The position numbers and the translations under genes are program-made. A DNA stretch of 35,586 nt from Atractiella rhizophila (lineage: Eukaryota): contig MU271296.1 in the NCBI GenBank assembly GCA_021432655.1, positions 68,515 to 104,100 on the forward strand. Reading direction: 5' to 3'. The notes under the pieces were generated by a model. The model did no database searches and had not been told where the DNA came from. It saw nothing but the letters and a program-made list of their open reading frames with translations. This document shows, one piece after another, positions 1-12,100 of the stretch. Position 1 is the first letter of the stretch, and each line of letters begins with the position of its first letter.

Positions 1-487
1 CGATCCCGGTCAACGTTCAATTTGAAGGCGAGATCTCTTCCACCACACTGTCAAGCCGAAAGGATTCGTAATCAATGCACAGAAGCAATCCACATTTCGA
101 ATTTTCGACATTTTCCACCTACAGATACCATTTCACCAACCTTGTTACGACTAGATCGTAACAGGCCAATTTGGTTTAGTTTTGTATTTTCTGCCCTGAA
201 TATTCCCCATCGTTTTTTCACCTGTGGGCTGACCCATCCTTTAAACCATCATTTGCATCTAGCATCCTCAACAAGGGAAGCCGAATATTCGTTTCGTGCA
301 TAAATAGGCTAGAAAAGAAATGCTGCTTGGTTCTCTGTCGATATTTTGTCCTTGCGGACGAATTTTTGTAGCTGAAATATACTTTGCTTTCGATAAATTT
401 TATTCGTAAAAGCCGTAACAATCGAGTAAAAGGAGAAGCCAGATGAAATGAAATGCTGTCACAACAAACAATTGGGTGGCACCTGTC

Positions 488-1318
488 TCAAAGCCTGCTT
501 ATGGTTGTCCAGCGATCCGCGGCATTTTCTTTGATTGTGTACTGACGAAGACTCCGGAAGGCATCCACATGCAGCCTTCGTTCAAAGTACCCCGATGGAA
601 ACGTCAGGTGAACTTTTAGCTCTTCTAGGATTTCGTCGAACCAGCGGATGAAAGCCCAAAGGGCAGAAACGTCTCCTCTGTAGAGGCAATCGTCAACGCT
701 GAGAATCCGCAAACTGCTTCTTGAAGAACCGAAGACTTTCTCGCACGTCTCCAAATCCGAAAGGGATCCCTCTAATCGCAAGATCTGCAAATTATGATTG
801 AAGTTCGCCTCTTCCGAACCATCATCGAGATACTCTAAATCCAGAGTCGCACAAACGATATTTAATTCTCTGAGTGTCTCGTTGGCGTCTTCCAAGTGAG
901 GGAAAATTTTGAAGAACCTGGCGTAACGTGTCTTTCCTGGTCCCAAAGTGTTGCGGAAGGTGAGCCTACGCAATCCTTTGCGCGTGGGAAAAGACAAGTC
1001 CCTTCTCCCACCGTCACCTGGCATGAATACCACCAGATCTCTCACATCTAACAAGCGCACAATCTCGAGACAGCCGTCGTATAAACCATCGGCTTGAACA
1101 ACGAGTTTTCGTACGAGAGAGCGAGAGGTCGGAGACGAGAGGAGGAGTTGGTAAAAGGAGGGAACGCCAAGGCACCATTCGTCTAACGTGATGGTGTGGA
1201 GGAGAAGTGGAATGCTGAGCTGATAAAACGACCTTGATACGAGCGTGCACTGGAGTAAGGAATGGCGTGGGAGGTAATTGAGAATATGCGAGAGAAGTTC
1301 AGGGGCAAAAGAATTCAT
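488..1318 (-). CDS. F-box domain protein (N-terminal F-box, Leu-rich C-terminal region), single exon, 276 aa
   Basis: Uninterrupted ORF starting MNSFAPELLSHILNYLPRHSLLQCTLVSRSFYQLSIPLLLHTITL, which fits the fungal F-box consensus (LPxELLxxIxxYL...LxxxxLVSRxF...xPLLxxxI). LxxLxL repeats follow. Confidence 0.85.
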   Translation of the reverse strand: MNSFAPELLSHILNYLPRHSLLQCTLVSRSFYQLSIPLLLHTITLDEWCLGVPSFYQLLLSSPTSRSLVRKLVVQADGLYDGCLEIVRLLDVRDLVVFMPGDGGRRDLSFPTRKGLRRLTFRNTLGPGKTRYARFFKIFPHLEDANETLRELNIVCATLDLEYLDDGSEEANFNHNLQILRLEGSLSDLETCEKVFGSSRSSLRILSVDDCLYRGDVSALWAFIRWFDEILEELKVHLTFPSGYFERRLHVDAFRSLRQYTIKENAADRWTTISRL

Positions 1319-2887
1319 CAGGGTATAACTGTCAGTGACCTTTCTTAGTAACCAATCGATGCGACGTAGTCACAAAGAATAGGTTGGGATCCCTACCTGA
1401 TTAATTTGGCCAGAATGTATTTTCTCTGCGTGTCCCATCGTTACAATGTGGACACTGGCAGGCTTCTTAAACAGAGGCGAACGGCAATAGCGGAGTCCGC
1501 CCTTTCATGGAGTATACGAGGAAACAAAGGCTTATTTTTCCGACAAATGGATCGGGCAAAGTCAAGCATGACGATTTTCTCCAAACCAAACAGCTTGTTG
1601 TAGCTCGGCTTCGATGTGTGTAAGTATTCCCAACACCCCGATTGTGAACAAGCTATCCCACAGCACGGTATAGCATCTGTTCATCGCTCGGATAAACAGT
1701 GTGGTGGCCGCTGGAGCAAAACACTGCTCGGCAGCCGGGAGTGCTGGACCAAAGTTGACAGGGAACGAGTTGACGCAAAGAGCGAACCTTCCAAGAAGGG
1801 CTCAAGACAATATCTGTTCAAGCTGAGCAAGTGTGCTTCTTATCAAGTTCAAAGGAACTGGTAATCATGGAGAACAGCTCTCCAGTTCGAAAATATTAGG
1901 AGAAAGTATATTTGCTCCGTCCTCAAAAGTTAAACCCATGACCGCTCCAAGTCAACAATCCCCGGTCGGTGGAGCTAGACCCAAAACCCCAAGAAATAAA
2001 TAATGCTGAACTCCTCTCATTTCAATGGAAGTCCTGCAATGATGGAAAGGTGGTGCGAGTTAGAAGAAGCTCCTCAGTCTTGTCATAGACGGTCCCGGGC
2101 CTCTTATGCATGCAAGTGTGCCATCATAACAGATATCTTCAAGCGCTAACCACAGTCGTGTGTCCTTAGCAAACCACAAGAATCAAAACGCACAATAGTG
2201 AACCTCAAGTTGTCCCTTGCAAACAAAGGAAGGCCGAAACTCAAATGGATGCAACTTCTTCCATTTCATTCATTCTCCACTTCAGCTCGAAAAGGTTCAA
2301 ACAGGAGCAGACTCTTAGCTAGGGTAGTCTTGGGAGAAGAAAGGCTGGTTTAAAGTGTTGTGTATATGTGATAGACAGGTACGTTTTCCCTTCTAAACAA
2401 GGTGTCTGTGTGATCGCTGGCGTGCTGGGTCGGCGTCACTTTTCAGTCATCTCTGAAAACATGTGGCCTCCATATTAAAGCCCACGTATTGACCCCAGTC
2501 GTCTACGCGTTCTGCTACATTCTCTTTCGCCCCAAGTTGTTGTGGCAGCGTGGAGGAGCTCTCGATTGGCGGCAACTGTCGACTGAACAGTTGCCCGCCT
2601 GCGATACAATAGAATAAATAGCAAATTAACAGGCTGCTCTTGATAATGTTGAATTCTCTCCCCTACTTCATAGCATCTTTTGGTCAGACTAATCGTGAGG
2701 AACTTTCGACGTCGTGTCCAGTGAAACGGGATCTCCTATGACATGCGATACCAAACTCACTGCTTTTGACTAGAATGTCATGGAACATAGGCTGTCATGC
2801 TTTCATTCGCTCCACAGCCCCTTTCTTTCATGAGATATATACTTTTCTGATAAATATCAGTGTACAATTTGTGTCATTCCTGACATA

Positions 2888-5557
2888 GCAATACGCTCTC
2901 CTGAATTCCTCTATTACGGAGACCTTCGAAGGTTGTTTCTTTCCGTTCTCATGCATGGATGTTAGCGCACTTTGCTTTCTATATAACTGGTCAGGACCAC
3001 TTTCGTTGCTCCTATATACTGTGAGGACACCGGTGGTTTTACAGAGACAACACGGCGCATTGAAACATGGTGCAGAGACTTCCGAATTTTGTCTCCTTGA
3101 CGAAGCATGAATGAACACGAAAGTCGTTGTACTGATACTTGCTTAGAAAATACCAGCATGCCTGCACGATTCCTGTTGATTGCGACCACTTCAGTCCTTT
3201 GTTTCGGTCTCACTTGGTATTATGGAAAGACAAGAAAGGCTCTTCATTTCCTAGGCTTTTCGACGATTCTGATCATACTTGCCATTTTCTTTCTGTCCGT
3301 ATTCCCGATGCTTCTACCCTGTCTGGACTTAGTCGGGAGATAGCACACCGATTCCTGAGAAACCCAAAGACGAGCGACCTACAACAGTGGTGATAGAAGA
3401 CGAACCAAATGAAGTCGACGAGCAACCTCCGGAAGAGGAACAAATTGTAGAAGATGTTGCAGAGTCGGATGTATCCAAAGAGGAGGAAGGCGGCCACGCC
3501 ATTATCTTTCGTCCACGAACTATGGTGGTGGCCGATGACGACGATGAAGACCTTGTGTTCGTCCGTCCTCCCAGCAAATATGAGACTTTCCCCTCGCCTT
3601 CCCGCTTTCGAAACCTCGCCAAAAGAGTGCCTGCCCGTCGGCGAAAGCACAGCGACGATAGCATCCACCAAATCTCCCCTTCCATCTCAAAAAGCTCGAT
3701 ATCCTCCATATCCTCAAGTGGATTCTTGATCAAGCGCAAACGGAGCAAGATCGACGAAGATGATTCACTCACCTCATCACCCACAGCCACGATCCCAGAG
3801 ATACAGCTTACTGAAGTCGAAGAGGCCGTGGAGGGGCATGGTGAACGAGCGGAGGAAAGGATCGCAAACGCATACACCAAATATCGTCAGCTTTTAAAGG
3901 AGCTCCCGCCAACACCGACTCGCCCAAGTTCGTCGGGCTCGTCTTCGTCGAAGGTCAAGAACTGGTTCAATTCTGTTGGATCGAAAAGCGGCTCGAGTTC
4001 TCACTCTGGCAGTCCAATGGGGACTCCGAACTCGAGCAAGTTGAGGATCACACCGATCGAAGTGAGGAGAACTTCCGAATCTAGCGTGTCGTCCCTTGGA
4101 GTGAGGTTTCTCTCCATTCCATCTCTGAGCACCCAGCTGACTTTCGCGGATGATGCTGTAGTCGACATGGTCAAGTCGTGTGGGATCAGAAATTCTGGAA
4201 ACTGTTCCAAATGATGAACGCAAACGACAGGAAGGTTCGTACGACCCATCATTCAGAGATCATCTCCCTTACATTCTTTCTGCAGCCATTTTCGAACTCC
4301 TGAATACTGAGCAAACCTATCTGCGAAGTCTCCAGCAGCTCATGGAGGTATGTGTTCTCCCTTTACAGTATTGCCTTGGGCATTGTTCAAAAGATTGTCC
4401 AGGTTTTCTTTGTTCAGCTTCGTCCGATACTTCCAGCGGAGGTCTCAGAAATAGTTTTTGGTCGAGTAGACGAGATATTGCTATTCAACACATCTTTTCT
4501 TAGTGAATTGGAAGAGAGACAAAAGGCAGATGCTCTCCACGTTCAGCAGATTGGTGATGTGATTGAGAATCATATCGAAGGTATTGAGGTGTACCGTGGC
4601 TATTGTGTTAATCAAGTTGGTCTCTCTATTGCTGCACATTGGAGTTTGCTGACAATTACAGGCAAATGCTGCCATGTTACTTGAGACGCTGAAGCGGAAT
4701 GATGCGGTGATCAAAGAGAAATTGGAGGTGTGTTTCTTCGACTGTTACTTCCCATATCCTTGCTAATCCTGTGGCCGCAGACGTTGACGGTGGATCAACT
4801 CAAATTGGAGCATTACTTGGTCTGCTGATTATCTTCCGTCGATGTCTCCATTGACATGTGGAATACAGCTCGCCCCTTTTCAGCGTGTAACAAGATATAA
4901 AATCCTATTCGAAGCCATCTTTCGCTACACGCCAGAAGATCATCCCGATCGTGAGCGATTACAGGCAGCTATCAGGCATACTGAGGCGGTTCTGAACTCA
5001 ATCAACGAAGACAAGAAAGAGCTTGAAGAGGATGAGACTGTTGCTCGAATATCTCGAACCTTCCTCTGGGAGAAGGGTTTTGAAGTATGTGCCATCCATT
5101 CCAGACGATTCCTCTGATGAAAGAGACTGTAGCCTTTGGACTTTACCCTACCGACACGCCTATTAGGCAAACGGCGATTGGTAAAGGAGATGCACCTGGT
5201 TACTGGAAAGTCGCGGCGGAAATTGAAGGGCCACATCTTCAACGACTGTCTACTATTCTCAGTACCACGTGACAATGGGAAGGAGAAGGTGTATTGGGGT
5301 CCACTAGCATTGGAAGACATCTCAATACGGCCAGTCGATCAGACGAATACTGTTCGTCCTCTCCTTTGAATGTAGATTCTCGTAGCTGACCTGCACCGAA
5401 GCAATTCGAAGTTTTCAATGGAGATCGTTCCCTCAAACTGAAGGCTGAATCGGCAATTGTAAGGATGGAGATTATGACGGAGTTGGAGCGGCAGCGTGGC
5501 CACTGTCGAGACGCTTTGCAGCACGAACGTCTTGAAATCATAGAACGCGGTGCGTAG
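2888..5557 (+). CDS. DH-PH Rho guanine nucleotide exchange factor, multi-exon, with an N-terminal hydrophobic segment; 5' end uncertain
   Basis: Spliced exons give ERKRQEAIFELLNTEQTYLRSLQQL..IVFGRVDEILLFNTSFLSELEERQ..IGDVI..YRGYCVNQ..LEHYLLAPFQRVTRYKILFEAIFRYTPEDHPDRERLQAA..LNSINE (DH domain). LTLPTR/RRLVKE..GHIFNDCLL follows (PH-like). Stop TAG at 5555-5557. The long low-complexity exon ~3343-4100 joins upstream exons through a GTCCGT..GATAG intron. The start coordinate is approximate. Confidence 0.85.
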
Positions 5558-6359
5558 TCTACATCACAAATCTCTGTAGTTGACACCACTTTGTAGCGCG
5601 GACAACGACAAGAGGAAAATTTCAAGAAGTCATCTAATATCATTGCAGTTCAAGCTTTCAAGTTCAAACCCACAGCATGTATACCCTCATATCCTTATTA
5701 TGTCTCGACTTTCGTTGGATGCTCGCTTCGCTGTCACCATAGGTATTCTTAGGTGTTGCAATCATCCGTCTTCATTCATTGGTCTTCATCCCGTATATCT
5801 CACGATTGCCCAGGTTTATAGACTTTCAGCAGCCTCTCAATCCATTGGTGTAGCCTACAACAGATCAAGAAAATGCTTTGACAGTTCCCTGTCAGTTCCT
5901 CCTCCGACTCTGAGCCAACCTGCACATCCTATGCTACCATAATCACATTTACAGTCAATCGCCATCAAGCTCTCAATCCGTAATTTCAGGACCTGACTGT
6001 GTTCCATATCCTTCTGAATAATCAATGGACATAATCAAACTACGGGCAAGACCACTCCCATGCAGGGTTATGCGGCATAGGATGAACACTTTCAAGTTCA
6101 TCAAGCCTTTTGGAGGATGACAACATCCTGTCTGTACTACATATGTAATCCTGCGTAATCAGTCTACCATGCCGGCCTTGACGGGGTTTCTCCTTTGTCA
6201 TCGTCCCCGTCCATCGCCGGCCACAACAACATGACATCTCCCGCACCTCTGCCTGCACCCCCAGCTTCGTCCTTTTGGGATACTATTAATCCATCAGCTA
6301 CGTCTTCTGTCTGAGTGATTCCAGAGTGGTTCTTCCACATTGAGAACATCCCAGCTGCA

Positions 6360-8956
6360 ATGTCCAATGTTGGGTCCGACTTTGAGGTCGAAGAGCTTTT
6401 TGCTGGAGAACAAGCCAGAGAGTCATCAAACGCCAACGACAGGTCTAGGAAGGGAGGGGAAGTGACGAAAGGGAAGGGACTGGCTAAGTACGAAGCTTGT
6501 CGAGGTGCGCTCTATCCTTCTATTTTATTACAACACCACCTTCCTTTCTTTTCAAAGCTTGTTGGAAAGCACCTACAGCAGTCGGATGATTTACTTACTA
6601 ACTCTTTGCGCTTGTAGCCTGTAGACAAAAGAAGGTCCGCTGTGACGGTCCGTCTCTCCATTCTTGCTCCTTTTTTGTTCAGCTGAAGCCCTTTCTTTGC
6701 CCACTTGATGGATAGGAAGCGTACCGTGTGTGTCTCTTCATTCTGAGATGTTGTCCATTGATTTCATGCTAATGGATAAATAGGTGGCCCTTGCGAGCGC
6801 TCGCGGAGAGGAAACGAGCAATGCGAATACGATAGCCCGTCGAGCAGAGTGCCGGAGTACATGTTGAGCGCAAAACTTGGTTCATCTCCACTTTCCCTAT
6901 CCGTTATCTATCCTGCCTAGTTCTAGATCGTAAGCTCACTGGTGATGATGGACAGCAAACCTCAGGAAGGAGTACGAGGCTCTTAAAGCTGCAGCCCCTT
7001 CTGACACCGCAGAACCACCAGATGTCTCAACTCGGAAAGACACCCCGCCACCACCTGATTCTGATTCCCGTACACTTTCCACCTCCGCTGACTCCAATTG
7101 GCCGAGCAACCTCCCACCTAGAGATGTCGCTCTCACGCTTGCCATGACCGCGTTCACCCGAGCCGTCTTCTTGTCCGACATTATCCATCCTCCAACATTC
7201 ATCCATCAGCTGTTAAGGTGTCAATCATCAATGTCAAGCGTTCCTTCGCTCCCTCTCCTACATGCTCTTTGTCTCGTCGGAACCCACTCGCTAGATGAAG
7301 AACAGGTAGAAAAGATGTTAGAGAGCTGTCCAACCTATTGGGGACACTCAGAAAACAATGCGGATGCAGGGATGAAGAAGGTGTTATTGGAGCATCATGT
7401 GCGATGTATAACTCCTGCGGCATTCAATCCTGGAATGAAAATTGGGGAGGAGGAATTGGTGGATTTAACAAAGTCACTGCTCGTTATGACTACCTTTTTG
7501 GACTCGAAAGGACTATACGATCGAGCCATCATAAGTTCTGGGATGACGATGAGGCTTTGCGTCCTGTTGGGCCTGAATACGCCTAAAGCTGGGAGAAGAA
7601 TGGACTTCCCGCTCTCGGAACAGAGCCAACGAGAGGAATATGAACGGTAGGTCACTTTCCTCAATATTCTCGTCAAGAACTAACGGTGAGTTTGCCCGTT
7701 TGTCATGAGTAAGATCTATGCTCTTCTGGCTCACTCTGGCAGTGGATCATGCTTGCGTCCACAAAAAGCTCTGGCCCTCCGCCCTCCGTCCATCAGACTT
7801 TGCTCCCACTCTGCCTCCCGCCGTTCCCACCTCGCTGGAAGATTTTAGCGTGTTAAGGGAACATCTGTCCACTCATCAACTCTGCCTGAGCTCCCCCGAC
7901 TTCTTTGACCTTGCCGATGGATTGGACGGCTACGAAGCTCATCAGATTTTCGTCAAGATTATTCTTTTATCTGAAAAAACAATGTCTTTCATGCGAAGTC
8001 AGTTCTCCGGTTTCTATTTTCAAACTTACTCATAGAGTTTGTGTTAGAGTATGGAGCAAGTAAGGGGATGTGGAGAGACGCTTCTCCAAAGGACGTGAGG
8101 CGAGCACGAGAGAAGTACTGCTCTTTCTTTATCCTCCGGAGTCTACCCTGAATCTACTCTATTCAGCGTCGAGTTTCAATCCACCCACCGATTGCTCATG
8201 AGCTATTTGAACGCTTTTCCGACCCGTTTCGCCTCTTTGTCCACACTTGGGTCGGATGAGTTGACACCAGCCGAGAGGCGTGAAAGACATTACTACTATC
8301 AAGCATACGTCAACCTCAACGCGTACGAGTTACACTTCCACAAGTATTGTCTTGCTGAGCAAGCTCGACTTTCAGGACGATAATGGCGTTACATTCCGCG
8401 TTCTTCTCCTTCGACCTACAGGATCAATCGATGCTATCCTCCTACCGATCAGCTCGCAACATTTTCACACAATTCGATATCCTGAAATCCAATCATAAAG
8501 AGAAGAGGTTCTTAGACAATACTTTTTCGCCTTGGCCATTTGCGATGGCTTGCCGCTGTCTCTTGAGGGAGGTAGCAGTGAAGAGAGGGCTAGAGCGGGA
8601 CGGGAAGGGTGAGAAAGTGGTTGGGGAATCGGCATTCTCGATCGAGATTTTGTGTAGGAAATATATCCATTGGGGTCTCCGATGCGACAGGAGGGAGGCC
8701 AGTCGTGCGTTGTTCCACTCACCATAAGCAACCGGTACTGATGGTGTTCCGGAATGTTGTTTGCATGCTCTATCGACGAATACGATGTGTAGGACACGCG
8801 TGGCAGGCGATGCAGACCTTCTTGCAGAATCCCAACCTCTTGATCCCTCCTCGGGCGAGCGACAGGGATGCCAGCTCCAGGATGCAGCCAATGCTTTGGG
8901 AGGATAGGGGCTTCGCTGGGGAACCTTGTGGATCTTGGGGTGAGAAAGATGGTTAA
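6360..8956 (+). CDS. Zn2Cys6 (GAL4-type) transcription factor with a fungal TF middle-homology-like region
   Basis: Exons 6360-6504, 6618-6647, 6716-6727 and 6784-~6879 splice in frame to CRACRQKKVRCDGSVPCGPCERSRRGNEQCEY. Downstream MRLCVLLGLN..QREEYER..LFWLTLAVD resembles the fungal-specific TF domain. Last exon ends ..GEKDG* at 8956. Confidence 0.88.
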
Positions 8957-9145
8957 GCCCTTGACGCTTTTAAAGTGGAGAGGATATTTGTTTACTCTGT
9001 AGCGTCCACAACTAGTTATTACAGTATTATGACTTAATTGGAAATATTGATTGATTCTGTCTGAATGGATCAATAATCGTACCCGATTCATGGAAGAAAG
9101 ACGAACAGTCACGTGATAGAAATTCAGACCATGAAATCGTGAATA

Positions 9146-12100
9146 ATGGGAGAAGACACCTTCTTATCCCCCCTCCGCATCAATCTCCCCGAGCCAGTAG
9201 GAGCACTATCCATCTCTCCCTCCTGCAGGGATGTCTGCCTTGGCGCGTAAGTCGCTTCTCAGCTACACCCAATGCTGATAACAACATGTAACAGGCGCAA
9301 AGGACTCTTCATAATCGACCTCCAATCCCCCTTCGATCCCCCCCGCTTCCTCCCCCACTACGCCGCGTGGGAAGTTGCAGATGTGCAGTGGAACCCGCAC
9401 ACCAGTCGCGCCAATTGGGTCGTGTCGACTTCTAACCAAAAGGCTTTGGTTTGGAATCTGGAGAGCAAAAGAGGCGAAAGCAATGTCGAGTTTTGGTTGC
9501 ATGGCCATACGAGGGCTATTACCGATGTTAATTGGAGCATCTTTGAACCAGAAGTAAATGTCTTTCTTTCCGTCTTCACTTTTGATCTTGTCTCCTCTCC
9601 TCCATTCAAGACTTGCTGGTTACGTCTCATGAAGAGCAACCGCTGCGGACTAATAACTGAAAAGATCTGCAGTGACTTAGATTTGTTTTGCATGAGAAGA
9701 GAGTGTCAACTCACTACCATGCTTTCTCGTACTGGTGGCTGCAGTCTTGCCTCCAACCCTAATATAGAGGCAGGAGCGGCATTCTTTTTCAATCTCTTTA
9801 ATAACATATTGTGCCCAATACCTATATTTCGTGCCTGTGTTTCATGGCGCCGCCAGATTTGCTGAATCTTACATCTGTCAAAGAAATGAAGGAATAATTT
9901 CAGATCCAATTTATGATACATGCACATCGACATTCATTCTTCGATCCCCTCAACCAAACACCTGTATGCTATGTGGTACTGACTTTCAATTGCAGATCCT
10001 AGCCACTTGCTCCTTAGACGGCTGGCTCGGTCTCTGGGACCTACGATCGTGCTCTCGACCTATTCATCGCTTCAGCGATTGGATAGCCTCTGCAGTTCAA
10101 GTTAAGTTTTCCAGGTTCTCATCACACCAGGTTGCCTCAGCGCACGAGGAGCGATTGGTGGTTTGGGATCTGAGGATGGGCAACAAGCCGTTCAACAACA
10201 TCATGGCTCACGAAGGAGCGAAGATTTATGGGCTCGATTGGAGTCGTGTTCACCCTCAGGAGATAGTTACTTGCGGCGTCGATGGATGGGTCAAGGTCTG
10301 CCCTTTCTTCCGACTAGAAGTCTCAATGATTCATCGGAGCACAAATGTCCCAGGCCTGGGATGTCAATGACGACGCAGAAGAGAGCATGGCTCATAGCAT
10401 GGTACCTCCCATTCGAACACCGAAGCCAGTCCACGCTTTCAAACCGTACGCAAATGCACCAGTTTACAGAGCGAGAAATCTACCTTTCGGGGAAGGAGTT
10501 TTAACTACTTCGCATCTGGCGGATCCAGAAATGCCAGCCATCTGGAAGTGGGATGACCCCTGTAAACCTGTCGAAACCTTCGAACACTCTGGTGCCGAGG
10601 TAGACGATTTCGTTTGGAGATTCAGGGGCGGAGAGAATACAAATTACGACGATCGAGAGTTTCAATTGATTACTTGGTACGTGCAGCTTCGGCCCAGCAT
10701 CCTTGTTTACTGATGTGGAAGCAAATAGGAGCAAAGATCGAAAGTTGCGTCTCTACCCCGTAGGACAGGAAACCCTGCGTGAAATGGGTCACTTCCGAGG
10801 TGCACCAATCAAGACTAGAATGACGGGTCGTGGCGTGCCCAGCGTGACGACGTATCGTGCACCACCACCGCCTTCTTCTCAGATCCAGAAACACCGATCT
10901 CTCTCCCCTTCGTCCATTAGACCCTTCACTCGTGGCAGACCCACCGCATCTCCACTCTCCAGCTCTCCCCTTGCCGAATTCTCCTATCCTGCCCACCACC
11001 AACAACAACAGCAACAGCAGCAACTACAACAACAACAACAACAACAGCTCCTGAGACGGCAGGATCACTCTTTCGCCTTAGCCACTAGCTTCATAACCGG
11101 TATGGGATTCAGTCTCCCAGCCCAAACTGTGAGAACAGTCAGGAATGAGCGGTTGGCTTGGATGGAAGGAGTAGACTTCAAGGGGAGGGACGAAAGTGTG
11201 GAGAGAGTGAAGATGACCAGCACTCTAGGACTGAGGGACAGCTCTGCCGAGAGGAGCAGGAGTGAGAGTGTGGACGTACCCCGACAGTTCGCTTTAGGAG
11301 ATGAGATACGAGAGCTAGGCCGACTGTACCCCAAATGCACCTTTGAGAAGGTACCCTCCTCTGAAGTTGCCATAAATACTCGCTAAGCAAAGTTGCAGAT
11401 GAGCTTTCATCCCGCTTTCTTTACCCTGTCACTGTACACGCCTCTCGCCAAAGGTCGCCTTTCCTTCGTCCGCGCTAATTTTTCTATACCCGCAACATAT
11501 CCTCAGCGTGGACAGCCGACGATTGAAATCGAAAAATCGACCGACATCACTCCCAACGATCGGGCATACCTCCTAAAGAACCTTCGAAAGATTGTTGCTA
11601 ACAAAGGTTCGAAACGGAAGCGCAGCCTAAGGGACTGTGTCGAATTTTTAGTAGGAGAGGAAAGGAAGAAGGGTACGCGGAAGGATTGGGAAAGTGAGAG
11701 CGAGAGTGATGTGGAGGATCGAGAAAGAGCTTTGAGGAATGTCAATGTTCCTCTCCCTGCCCGATGCGGAGCACGGTTTTCTAGAGATGGTGCGCTCATT
11801 TCCTCCTTCTTGAGTTTTCTGACATGTGATATAAAGGTCGCCTGGTTGCCTTCTTTCCTGACTCTGAGGTTCTCAGAAAACCCGAATTGATGGTCATAGC
11901 GTCGAGCGTGTCCATTTCAATGATGGAGCGGTCTTTATCGCTGAGGAGAGAAGGTCCGAAAGATGACGCCAATCGTTTGAAGAGGGGCTTCGGGGTTGGA
12001 CTCTTCACCTCAGGGAAAGGGTTAGAGGATGAAGACAGTGACCCAGAGCTGAAGATTGGTGACAATCCTATCCAAGTAACTGTACGTTTCGTAATTCCTC

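Noticed and set aside
9850..9865. CGCCAGATTTG-CTGA as a 2'-O-methylation guide for 18S CAAGUCUGGUG or 25S CAGAUCUUGGUGGU
   Set aside because: Pairing needs several G-U pairs or a bulge, and there is no canonical C box with a terminal stem.
9820..9960. snR30/U17-like m1 (TATTTCGTG) and m2-like (AACCAA) motifs in the WDR59 intron
   Set aside because: No lower stem brackets them and the spacing to an ACA box does not fit snR30 architecture.
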